64,000 nt of DNA from Chrysomallon squamiferum (Eukaryota > Animalia > Mollusca), in NCBI GenBank assembly GCA_012295275.1, contig CM022675.1, positions 3,534,001 through 3,598,000 of the forward strand, in the 5' to 3' direction. A program made the translations under genes and the position numbers. Under the pieces are notes generated by a model. The model was not told where the DNA came from. It saw nothing but the letters and a program-made list of their open reading frames with translations, and did not search any database. Shown here in pieces: positions 37,050-59,045 of the stretch; positions within the stretch are counted from its first letter, which is position 1, and each line of letters opens with the position of its first letter.

Positions 37050-38070
37050 ATCTACATAAACACATGTGTATATATAAACATACACATACAGAGAAATACA
37101 TACAGACACATAAACACGTGTGTATATATAAACATACACATAGAGAAATACATACAGACACATAAACATGTGTGTATATCTAAACATACACATACAGAGA
37201 AATACATACAGACACATATACACGTGTGTATATATAAACATACACATACAGAGAAATACATACAGACACATAAACACGTGTGTATATATAAACATACACA
37301 TAGAGAAATACATACAGACACATAAACATGTGTGTATATCTAAACATACACATACAGAGAAATACATACAGACACATATACACATGTGTATATATAAACA
37401 TACACATACAAAGAAATACATACAGACACATAAACATGTGTGTATATATAAACATACACATACAGAGAAATACATACAGACACATAAACACGTGTGTATA
37501 TATAAACATACACATACAGAGAAATACATACAGACACATAAACATGTGTGTGTATATATATAAACATACATACAGACACATAAACATGTGTGTATATATA
37601 AACATACACATACAGAGAAATACATACAGACACACAAACATGTGTATATATATAAACATACACATACAGAGAAATACATACAGACACATAAACACGTGTG
37701 TATATATAAACATACACATACAGAGAAATACATACAGACACATAAACATGTGTGTATATATAAACATACACATACAGACACATAAACATGTGTGTATATA
37801 TAAACATACACATACAGAGAAATACATACAGACACATAAACATGTGTGTATATATAAACATACACATACAGAGAAATACATACAGACACATAAACACGTG
37901 TGTATATATAAACATACACATACAGAGAAATACACACAGACACATAAACACGTGTCTATATATAAACATACACATACAGAGAAATACACACAGACACATA
38001 AACACGTGTGTATATATAAACATACACATACAGAGAAATACACACAGACACATAAACATGTGTGTATATA
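37050..38070. repeat. 54-bp minisatellite, about 19 copies, between the starts of E and F
   Basis: Unit TAAACATACACATACAGAGAAATACATACAGACACATAAACAYGTGTGTATATA; explains the 18-aa-periodic ORF artefacts. Confidence 0.95.
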
Positions 38071-38800
38071 TACTGACAAAGGTGGATATGTTTCTGTATG
38101 TGTCTATGCACGTGTATGTGTGAATGTACGTGCGTATGCGTGTATTTGTGAATGACTATAAGTATATATGTGTCTGTAGTGTATGTCTATGTATGTATCT
38201 TTGAGTGTGTTTTATTACTTTCTTGTTCTAGGCAGAAAACGAAGTATAGTATTCACATTAAACAGAAAATCTTTAACTATTTAAATTATTTCAGCCCTTC
38301 TATATTTCTCATTATTATGAAAATCATTAAATTTCTATCACAACATCATGATCGTGATCATAACATAATACAACATCATCTTAATTATAATCATCATCGT
38401 CGTCGTCGTCATCTACATAATAATAATAGAATTATCGTAATTACAGTGTCATCATCTTCCTCTTCGTCATAAAAACTAGTACAAAGCAAACAGGTAGATA
38501 GTCTATATTTAGCAAGTTTATTTAATGCAGACGTGTGAGTTATTTTCTTTCTAGGACAGCAGACACACTCTGTTCACTTCCTGATTTGTTAAACACAAAA
38601 GTGTTTTAGCATACAAAGTTTAACGTAAGATTTCAAACGTATTAACTACCTCGGTAATTACGATCATCTGCGTATAACTATTTTCTTGTATTACTAGAGT
38701 TTTTGAAGATATATTGTTTTACAAAAGTCATCTTTCCGAAAAACGGGTGTTTGTGAAAATAGATCAGTGTTTTACTTCCTTGTACAGCTAGCAGGGTGTC

Positions 38801-46609
<7,809 letters not shown>

Positions 46610-49478
46610 TTATGTTAATAATTCTGTGTTCTTTTGTGATTTCTTGATTTCATAGGAAGAACAAATGTTGTATAATTTGTAATACATGATTACATGGTGA
46701 CATACAAGTGGTTAAGAATGATACAAATGTGGAGAGGAAACCTGATGTTACCAAACATGGACTACTCGTTTTTTTATTATTAACAAGATTTATACCCTCT
46801 CACAGACAGGGGTAGTGGCTGGAATAGGAAATATTTTGTGTGTGACAAGCTCTGAATTACACAAAGTTAACAAAAATTACTTTTATTTTACAATCCTTCT
46901 CACACACACACACCCACACACATGCATATGTACATGTATGTATATGCATCTATGTAAAAATTATTGAATAGATTTGTTTTAAGGTGGGTTAACTTTATGT
47001 ATATTTTTATATTCATTATTGTTGGTTTGTTTTTAATTTTTAAACACACCTCAATTTATCAAAATATTTTTATCATCAGGGAAGTGAAGGCAGTTCAGTA
47101 CTGTGATTAATAAACAATCATTTTACAATAATCTTAAATACCGGTGCTGTAAGTAGTCAAATAGGTCTCAAAGGGAGAATAAATGTGTGAATATTTACAT
47201 AATTAGATAGAGATAAACAGAGATTGATAGGTCTATGTATGTAAACAGTTATACATAGGATTAGCTATACAAGTCTGCTGGCAGAGATGTATGCAAATGT
47301 TTATATACACACATATTTAGTCTACATTTTATATATATATGTATGTATGTATATGCATTTAGTCTGTATATATATGTATGTATGTATATGCATTTAGTCT
47401 GTACATATACATTTGTATTTAGCAGATTATTTATATATATATTTATATATATACTTGTATGTGTGTTCAATCAATTTATAATTTAAATTAATTACCACCT
47501 ACAAATGTTATTTGGTTAGCATTAGAGAATTTTACATCCATCAGTTTTTATTCTGAAATAAAATTAACACAGTAAATTTAAAACAACAACAAAAACATTT
47601 CCTTATAAAGTTTCTTTTTATTGAAACCTCAAAATGAAGCTACTGTATTTTGTAGTTTTTTACAGAAACAAATAGATTTAAAATAAAATAAAATCACCGG
47701 GATTAATCATGTAGATATGCAACTACAAACATGATTCTGATTGGTTGCTTCATTGTGTAATATCTGTATCTCTGCTTCTGAGTGGTTAGTTATAATTGCA
47801 TCACAGTATTTGATTGGATAGTATATATAATTTATGTACAAAAAAGATCACTTGCAACTGCTTATCCTGGCATAGACTTGTCAATGACTACGACACTAAA
47901 TTTAACACATTAATCAATTTACTATACACTACCAATTTCTTTTGTTTTTAACATTACAACATTAAATAGTATTTCATAATAATACAGTAAACTGGACTGA
48001 CTGTTTTATACTGCAAAACATTCATCCATGACACACCTAATATAAGTTCATTCTTAGCAATAAATTTCATAAATTCTTTAAATTAACTAACTAGATAATG
48101 ATTGGCGAGGTCAAATACAATTCATTGTTATTCTTCTTTATTCTATTTGTTATTCTTCTTTATTCTATTTTTTATTTTTATTCTCTTTTTTTTTTATAAT
48201 ATCTATTTTAAACTTGTTCTCTTTACTAACAAAGGTCTGATTATAAAAATCACCCTATTTTATATAGAAAATTTATATTACTTGAACATGAAACTAAAAC
48301 ACAACTACACACAAACACAAGAATTAATCAAATCATACATTATCCTGTATATAGATAGACCTGGTATATAACTGGTATAAAATCATTCTTGTTTATAAAT
48401 TTCAAATTTACCCTCACATTCTCATATAAAAATCAGTCAAGTTAACAAAATCAGTTGAAAATATAAAATACGTAGACAATACATATCTCACTGCTTTGTA
48501 CATAAATTATCTTACGAGTTTATAATTTACACAGATTTTACAATGTAATTACAGTGTTATTAAACAGAAAGTTAATTAATAAAATTATTGAGGGCTTGGA
48601 ATCACAGTGGTCTAAAAAAAATAGAAAAAGATTATCTATGATAGATTCTGATAAAATCTGTCACTGTTAGAACTGTGTGAAGTTTCTAACTTTTGACAAT
48701 CGTTTTTAACTCAATCCAATTTTGTGAGCATTATTTTTATTTTAATACTTCAGTATTAATCATTTCAAAAAACTAAGTGATGCTCTGATTCTAAGCCTTT
48801 CTTTTTATATTGTTACATTAATAAAATGATTATATACTTTTATATTACGAATAAAATATTCTTTCAACAAAGCTTTTTTTTTTCTTTTATCATTTCTGAG
48901 ACTGGTTTTGTTGAATCTTTTTTGAAACAGTTCTTTAATATTAATGTTGCTAAAATTGCATACCATTATGCAATATATATTATATTAAATTTAAAATAAT
49001 ATAAATTTATTTCATACTAAACTTGCTGAAATTGCATAGCATAATTTATTATATCTTATGACTGAAGAAATGTATAGACTATTTTGCAGACATTAAAAAT
49101 TTTTGGTTACAAAAATTGGTTATGTTAATAAACTTTTAACACTTCCAATATTATGACTGCAGAAATAAATAAAATTACAAAATAAAAAAAATCAGTTAAT
49201 ACAGCAATGAAGTACTGCCAACAATATATTTGTAACAATACGAATTGAAAACCAGACAAAAACAATATTAACAATTCCCTGAGTAAATTTGTACACAAAA
49301 CTTTCAAAGAAACATAAAAATAAACAAAAACATCAGAAGAGTTAGCTGCCCTTCCAAGCAGAATAAATTGTGCATAATATATATTTAAAATTTTAAAATT
49401 ATCACAAAATATTGTGAAGCAGTAGAAGAAAAAAAAAATGATATAAAAATTAAGAAATAATAATAATAATAATAATAA

Positions 49479-49543
<65 letters not shown>

Positions 49544-51416
49544 TTATTTGCATTTTTATAAATTTTTAAATATTTGTATATAAAAATAAAATTGATTAAG
49601 GCATGATGTTTAATTTGAAATAGTTTCTCAGTAATTATTTTCCAAGATGTTAACATAAAAATGGTAAATATCTCCCTGATCTGAGAAAAAAAATTCAATA
49701 TTTTTCTCCAGTCAACACATTAAAATACTGTATCATACAATTAAAATTATTTAACAAAAATGCTCAAATAAATAAATACCAGTAAACACATTTCATTCTT
49801 CACAGATCAACAAAACACTATAAAAATGTCTCATAAAATATTATTAAAAATACAAATTCTGTTTTTAAAAAATGTATTAAAATCCCTGAGCTTGCAAAAA
49901 TATTAAATTTGTGAAAGGAATTTGGTTGATATGTGACATGTCATGCTTAATGAAAACTAATCTTATATATGAATGGCTGAGAACATGAATTAACCTGTAA
50001 TTAAGACAAAACAAGTGAATCATTCAGTGACCAATGTTAATAAGATTTCTAAATGCCTGAATGTGTACATATCTCTATATATTTAAGTATACACTTTTAT
50101 TTATTATTTTCTTTTATTTTCCATTGTCATTTTCTTTTTTTTCTTTTTTTTTTTTTTGAAAGTTACTATTTTGAAAATTAATTTTTCTTATACATATTTT
50201 TTTGATTGTGATTTTCTAAAATGAAAAAAAGAATGTGTGAATCCTAAAAATGAATGGAAAAAAATTCTGAGATTTATAGAAAACATTTTTTTTTTTTTCT
50301 TCAAATCCATGTACCTAACCATAAATACACCAAAAATCCAAATTCTTGGGAGTTAGACCAAACTAGGTTTGAGCTCTTCATATTATTATAATTCATAAAC
50401 ACTGAAAATAACTTGACAAATACCAACTCTGTGGTATGTGATGCTTTGCTGACATTAGTATAATCACAAACCTTGAACATCACAAAGTTAACATGAACAA
50501 AACATGTGTTAGTCTTCTTACATTTGTACACACCACACTGGGAAGTTATTTCAATATCTGATTTTGATTGATTGTATTTGTCCATCACAAACGTGAAGTT
50601 AACTTCATATGATAGTGTTCACACAAGTATATCACATATATATTACTGAAACAATCATGCACAGGTACACACATAATCATACCTGAATTTCAAAAGTAGA
50701 TATAATACAGTTTATGCACACTAGTATCACTTGTAAATAAAACCATTCTAAATTAAAAAAAATTAAAAAGAATAAAATTAAAAAGAACAATCAGTTTGTT
50801 TATTACTGTATTTATGACTAGGCTGATGGATTTATTATTCCCCTCCCCCAACAGAAAATCACAATCGCTACTTGAACAGAAATTTAATTTTCATACTTTT
50901 AACTTTACCACATTTAATGTCAAATTAAAGACCGTTTCGTTACTAAACAGACTGAGTCTCCACTGTCAATCTCAATTTTTACTCCACGGTTTTAAAATAA
51001 ATAAAAATGAGCTTGTACAACAAAGACTGAGTCTTCAGTAAGATGATTTTGATCTGTTTCATATGGGGATTTATATATTTTTTTTTTTTTTCTCTTTTTT
51101 CTTTTAGCCTGAAGTTATTACTTTCCATTCATACAGAAGAGTGTGTATGTACATATTCCTTATCATTTCACAAAATGACAGTGATATTTTTAAAACCACT
51201 AAAATATATTTGTATGAAATAAAACTATAAACAAAACAGTAACAATCACACACACATTAAAAACACATTTTATATAAATTTACTCACAAACATCCACACT
51301 ACAACCATGTTAAAACACAACAAAGTAACAGAAAACATGATTAAAAAAGAGTAAATATCAATTATCATAATTTACCATAAATTATCATCATCATTATTAT
51401 TACATTTATCATTATC

Positions 51417-51482
<66 letters not shown>

Positions 51483-51807
51483 AGCCAAATATTAGTTATT
51501 ATTACTATTATTATTACTATTAATATTATAAAAAACTGAATATTAATTAATAAATAAAAAATAAAATAATAATAGTTATAAACTTTATGTGGTATAAAAA
51601 AAGGTTCACAAATAAATGACAATATTAAAATGATTATATTAGGTTAGATTTGTGTATGAAAATTTAGTTTGCTTGATCAATCAGAAACAAAAGAACTGAA
51701 TATAAAATAAAAATAAAGATCACTACACAGTTTAAGACAAAGCACTAACTAAAACGCTGAAAACATCAATCAAACATTAAATTCTTTTTAAAAACAGCAC
51801 TACACAC

Positions 51808-51845
<38 letters not shown>

Positions 51846-53653
51846 ATTCTCACACACACACACACAGACATACTCAAACACACAATCGCGAACACATACC
51901 TACATAATACCAATTTACAAATGTATACAAGGTATACAATAACACATTATATATTCATTCATACCGCACACATCAACACACACATATCTATATTGTATTA
52001 ATTTACATACATTAATCTACAAACATTAAATAGAGTTTATATTTAGCATGTAACAGTTATTAATACAAGTTACCTACCAGATATATTACTCAAGTGGACA
52101 TTACAAGTTTTTTAACAGATTTCTTTTTTCACACATCTGTTATCTCTTACTTAACACATACAGTAATTTGAGCAATTTTACTCATAATACTGAGAAGAAA
52201 AGACAAAAAATTTAAAATAACCAAGCCTTAATTGGTAACCATGTTAAGTTTAAAATATTCAGATAAATTTAAATTCAGTTATTTCTTGAATGTGCCAGAA
52301 TTACTAATGTAAAAAGACAGGCTACATCTAGTTTTTGATATCTCATCCACTATTCTGTATGTGTAATAATCAAAAATATTCATACTTGAGGAAAGTATAG
52401 AATAATCAAGAATTAAAAAGATGTACATACTGGAAGCAGGAAAGTGGAAATCTCAGATTTTATAAATATTTATACCTTCCTCTCACATCTGATTAATATT
52501 TAACATTTTCTCTGGCTGTCACTTTTATCCCAGATCACTAGTGATTCATATTTCATTTTTTCCTGATATCATTTAATCCATCCCCACTTAAATATCTGAG
52601 ATTTTGTGAATGCAGACAGCCCACATTAACCAGTACGACATCCAAGATTTTGACCAGCTGAGTTCTAAAAATGAGTTTAATATTTACCTCTCTGCAAACA
52701 CATTTCTTTGAATATCTACTTTCTTTTATTCATTGCTTTATAACTGACAGAATAAAATATTTCTACTATTATGACACGTTTTTGTGTATGTATATGGTTT
52801 TGTGTATCTTTACACAAAATATATTTCCATATATTATGTAAGATATTATGTCTACACACAAGTATACGTATGTTAAGACACAAACTTGGATATCTGTATA
52901 TACATATCCATGTATATATTTGTTTATCTTATTATATTTTGTTTTACAATTGTTTCAGAGAGTAATTTTCCACCATACTCTGACTTTTATATATATTTCT
53001 CAACATTTGAATTTTATACGTGCTAATTTATTTTTTCAAAAACAAGCTTAAAACCTATTTCAGGTGCTGGAGAAAATTTTGTATAATTTCGACTGTTTTT
53101 ATATATTAAAGAAGTTCACATTATAAAATATATACATTTGTATATTTTTTGTAAAGTTTATAATTACTGATTTTTCATACATGAAATTTCTGCAAAAGAT
53201 GATATACATATATATATATAATTTTTAATTTTATTTGTCAAGACTTTTCTTTGACTGAAATATTATTCTTACATAAATTTGCATTTTTTATAATTACTAC
53301 TATTTTCAATACACAACAGTAAATAAAAAGAATAATTCTACTACAGTCAACATATGTAAAATTAGCTTTTTAAAAAAATATTTTATAGTCGTTCAAGAGA
53401 TCATAAAATATTTTTATCAGAAACAATCACATACTTTAGCATTTCTTTATAATTTAATGTTTTATACTTATACACGTCTCTTACAAACATATCAAATTAT
53501 GAAATAAAGCATGGGTGACACCAATATACATTTGTATACATTTTAGTTTAATATTTTACAACTATCAAAGTTACTCTTCACTTAACACAACAGTTCTGTC
53601 AGCAACACTCATACATTTGTTTTACCCATTTTTGTAAATTAAAAAATTGTAAA

Positions 53654-54064
53654 TATTCAAATATCTCGTACACTGAACATAACAAAACAGTACTGTAATT
53701 ATTCAAATATCTCGTACACTGAACATCACAAAACAGTTCTGTAATTATTCAAATATCTCGTACACTGAACATCACAAAACAGTTCTGTAATTATTCAAAT
53801 ATCTCGTACACTGAACATCACAAAACAGTTCTGTAATTATTCAAATATCTCATTACACTGAACATCACAAAACAGTTCTGTAATTATTCAAATATCTCGT
53901 ACACTGAACATTACAAAACAGTTCTGTAATTATTCAAATATCTCGTACACTGAACATTACAAAACAGTTCTGTAATTATTCAAATATCTCGTACACTGAA
54001 CATTACAAAACAGTTCTGTAATTATTCAAATATCTCGTACACTGAACATCACAAAACAGTTCTG
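53654..54064. repeat. 46-bp minisatellite x9 just downstream of the bZIP stop codon
   Basis: Unit AAATATCTCGTACACTGAACATCACAAAACAGTTCTGTAATTATTC; copies near-identical. Confidence 0.95.
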
Positions 54065-54119
54065 CTATGGCTGAGTCGCATCTTTCATTAACATTTCTCA
54101 CAAAACGTTTTCACAATTC

Positions 54120-54570
54120 TCAGTGCCGCGATCTCTTCTGCAGTAGTAGTTGCCGTAATGAGTTTGCTTCTTCGCGCAACGTTGCGACTTGGGCTCGCAA
54201 GATGGCGTTCTCTTTCTCGAGGAAACTCGCTCGGATCGCGATCTCATCTTCCCTGGCTTTCCTTGCGTCTCTTGACTTCTTCGCTGCGTTGTTGTTTCGT
54301 TTTCTGCGCTCAAAGTATTTGGTGTCTTTCTGGTCAACGGGGATAGCCTTCTTTTCACTGCGTGGACGTTTCTGCGTCTGCTGTATCGCTGACAACGCCC
54401 TCGCCAATGCAGGTGATGATCCCACTGAGAAAAAAAATAAAATAATAATTTAGGGGTGATGAGGAAACAGAAATAAATGATGGCGTATTAAAATGAATCT
54501 TGTGTTAGTGGAAGGTAAAACTGACCGACTCTGTTTAACAGTTTCATTCTGTGTGTGCTATTAGTTCAGT

Positions 54571-54614
<44 letters not shown>

Positions 54615-55598
54615 TGCAATGTTGTAATGTAAAAGTGTGCTGTGTGCATGTTTTTGTGTGTTTATAAGTTATTTGTATATATTTACATGAGTGTACATGC
54701 ATTTATGCATGTTTGTACATGTGTAATAAAGTATGTGTTTTTAAGTTATTTGTATATATCTACGTGTCTTATGTGCATTGTGTGTACATGCATAATAATA
54801 GGTTTGTGCTTTGTATTTACAGCTGTATATATGAATGTTACAATTATCTATGTGTTTGTATACAGACTGTGTGTGTATATCTATTATTCTGTTTATATGC
54901 ATGTACTGGTTTATGCAACAAGCATGTGTGTATACAGTGACAGAATGAATGTGAACATAACATAAGTATATCTGAGTATTCAAAACACACACACACACAA
55001 ACACAGCCACCACTAACATGTAGCCACAAAAATTTTAAAATTTTGTCAAGATGCGATACTCTTAATCTCATTGTTAACAAAAATGTCACAAAACAAACAT
55101 TAGTTGTACAGAATATAGCACACAGCGACATAGGTCAGAGTGACCTCCCTTGAAAGAACTCATCTGTAAAAAGAGATCACTTTTCAACACAAGAGTCAGT
55201 TTACTAATTTTAACATTCTGATCACAGCTAAAGTAACTGATTTATCTGTCTGGTTCCAGTATTTTGTCATGATTTTTACAACCACATGAACGTTAGATAA
55301 TAATAGATTTTAAAACGACTTCATGTGAAATAAAATACTAGTGTTACTACATCTGTTACTAAATTTGGATAGATTTAATTTGTGTTTTTATTTATTATTG
55401 TGTGCTTTTGAATAATAATATATTTGTGTTTGTGATTGAATATTTGTGTTTATGAATATTTATTTCACAAAATTTAAAATTAACAGTTGATATTAAAAAA
55501 TTAAGGAAACCTTCCATACCTCCTAACTGATTAAGGGATTTTTTTCTTTGTTTATTTTTTTATTTATTTATTTTTGTCATTTTATTATTTAATTATTT

Positions 55599-55629
<31 letters not shown>

Positions 55630-55825
55630 GTTATTTAGTTAGTTAGTTAGTTAGTTTTGCTCGGATTTATAAAGCACATACTGAATGTTCGATAACCTAA
55701 TGTGGAGACTGGTTAGATTGGGAAGTATTTGCAGCTACATGCATTACAAGGACAGCTGTGCTGCAGATTAGAAACCTCACCAAACAAATCAGTTAATTAA
55801 CAGTTTTGTTAACATCTCTCTTTTT

Positions 55826-55859
<34 letters not shown>

Positions 55860-58800
55860 TCACACACATTCACACACAATTCTCACACATACACACACAC
55901 ACACACACTCACACACAATCACACACACACACACACACACACATTCACACACACAATTCTCACACACACATGTATCCACAAACTCCACAGTTGATAATAT
56001 CATACATCATTTCTGTGTTACATGTACTGTCATGTTACTAATTTCATCTGTGTCACAGATTTCAGTCTAGTAAAACTTATGTAAATAGAGAATCAGTGAA
56101 TAAAATCAATAAATTAAATAACCAAATACATAAATAAATTAATTAATAAACTAACAGCCCAAACATCATTACACAATTTATATATCTATCATTAATTAAT
56201 TTATGCTTCAGTGCATGTTTAGGTATCAGTAATAGAGTTTCCAAAAACAACCTTGAAAAATGACTACTGTAAATTTTGATACATGCCACAGAAATTCATA
56301 AAACTCAATTTAGGGCAAAACAGTTAATTAGGTAATACAACAAATATTTCCCTCAACAACTAAAATATTAATCTTTTTCCATTATTCATTCATTCATTCA
56401 TTCATTTATTCAGTAAGAAACGATCATTAGTAAACACATATTTTCCATCATGGCTGAAACTGCTGTTTGAATAATTAACTCATTTTCCACTTAACATCGA
56501 AATTAGCCATCCCTAGCAGGGCCTCATGCAACGTAACACTTCCATTCACCAATGGTTATGTAACACAACCTTTGACCTGCAAGGTCAACAGGACTGACCC
56601 AAGCTAGAAGCGCAGGAAATGGTGTTCAGCAGATGTTGAAATAATTGAAAGTGCAGTATTGGAACTGAAATCAGACATATTTCACATTTCATCAATGGAA
56701 ACAGTATATCACCAAAAATTATGTTAATTAAATTAAAAGTAAATTAAAACAAATCAAATTTAACTGACAGTATTCAGATTATTGTGAATATATCTTTTTC
56801 TGAATTCTAAAGAAAGCTTTAGTAAGAAGAATTTTACTTAGTTGACAGATTTCATTTTTTTAAAACATTTTAACTATTTAAAGTTTAATTAACAATACTA
56901 TGAAATTTTATAAATCATCTTTTGTTCTTATAATTGTTTTTGTTTTTTAATAAATATCTAAATAAAAACTGAAAGTTAATAAAAAAAAAAAACCTACTAT
57001 AATACTGTTCTGTTTTTATTATTTATTTATCTCTGTTTTGTTTTATTGATTCATCTTTTTATAAAACCTGAATTAAAACTTAATTAACATGAAATGAATA
57101 AATCAATTAAAATTGACCCCCAAAAAAGTGAATTTACCGCTAATTATTAAATACATTAATATGTAACAAAATTTAAAATTAAAAATCAAAACCTATCAAA
57201 CTTTATTTATTTATATATTAATCATTATGATGAGGGGTTTTTTTTAGAAACAAAGGACGGAGTATTCATCTGACACATCAATGGTTCTAGGACCAGATCT
57301 CCTTACTGATTTTTCCATTTCCAACCATAACTCCATGCTTGTAACCAAGATAGTGGTATATGATATTTATGCAAGCTGACACATGTTACAGATTTTTTGC
57401 TGGCAATTAACAAAAGACATGTAAAGATGTCAGTGGGTTTCTACTCTACTATTATCAATACAGATAAAAACTTCACTGAAATTAGATATTGTATATTAGA
57501 TATATTGGGATAATAAGCCAAAGAGTCATCATTATTTAATTTATATATTTGTTCGTTAATATTTTAATGCATTCATCTATATACTCCTTATTTTCTTCCT
57601 TCACTGTTTCATCAATTCATTCATTATTTCTTTCATATTTTTTCTCTTCGTATATTCATTTTGTATCTGCTCATTCCATTCTTACATTTCTACATTAAAA
57701 ATTTGGGTGTTTTTTCTTATTTTTGTTTATTTTTCCCTTCATTCATCCATTGATCTGTCAATCATTCACCCAACCATTCATACACTAAAAACATATTTTC
57801 TAATTCTTTGTCCTAGCTAGAATTTTATTTAATCTCCATTCATATATTCATTTTATCGTCTATTCAACCATTCTTACATTTCTACAATAAAAAAAATATA
57901 TATCCTCTAATTCACATTCGAACTAGAATCCTCTATTTAAAGTTTAGAAACATTTTCTATTCACTAACACGTCTGCAGAAGAAACACAATCTCTTAATCA
58001 TTTACATCATTTAATCTTATGAATGTCACATGACAGATTATTTCTCAATTGTTTCACTTCAAAAGCAGAATAAAGGTGAACGTACTGAAGAAAGAAAAAA
58101 AAAAAAAAATAGAGTTTCTTTATAACCAAGACCTGTATGGGTTATGTGGTATCGGGAGGGGGGGGGCAGTTTGAAGGTATAAAAGACCACCTAGAGTGGG
58201 GTGATAAAAACTTCTCCAAAAAAGTTCATTAACCTCTGGCTCGCTGGACAGCACATTTACAAGGCCAGGGCTGTAATACGCATTAAAAAGCCCATTCACT
58301 GACGACGGAGTTACGTCACTCCTCAGAACGTTCAGTTCATCGAGCACGGCGATCAAACCTCTATTAGACGGGGTGGGGAGATCTGATCCTGCAAGACAAA
58401 TCACCCCAATAGAAAAGGCGACAAGGCCTACAAAAAGAAGTATAGCCGTCCACAATGGCTAATGCCCATTAGCCTGTAACAGGTGTGGGGGACCCTGTAA
58501 TGAGATTGGATAACCAGCTTACTCTTCCACTAGGTCATGTTTTCCGAGTTGCATAACGTGACTCCATGTTACCGCAGCCCTTATACAACACCTTCACTCT
58601 CTCCTGGCTTAATTACCAAAGGTCAATGACCTCTGCAGTTAACCTGTGTCAGCGTGTTATGTCAGGCGGTTATGAAACATATAAATCATATGATGCCATG
58701 GTAACATAACTAACCCATATCATTATTACACATTGCCCCACTTCCTAGCTATAAATATTGTGTAGTGACACTTGCAAGTCAAGCAGAAATTTTTGAAATG

Positions 58801-58988
58801 TTGTACAGTTTTACGTAACTAAATATAGATATTTGAATCTGTGACACACACACACACACTCAAACAAATCACATGGAAACACATACACCAGTGTATAATA
58901 CATAACAAACACGAAATAAACAAGTACGAGAGAAAACAGTTTTTTAAATCAACAATTTTCAAGGTTATGCTGATGAACACACACACAC

Positions 58989-59045
<57 letters not shown>

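Noticed and set aside
36879-38155. Long ORFs (up to 354 aa) on both strands
   Set aside because: Translations of the 54-bp minisatellite; no splice or domain support.
53654-54064. CRISPR-like regular repeat
   Set aside because: Head-to-tail units with no unique spacers, no cas genes, eukaryotic context.
54120-54424. Naming the bZIP as giant, HLF/TEF or ces-2
   Set aside because: Family is clear but orthology needs a phylogeny; gene symbol left blank.
54067-54453. Plus-strand 128-aa ORF
   Set aside because: Antisense shadow of the bZIP exon.
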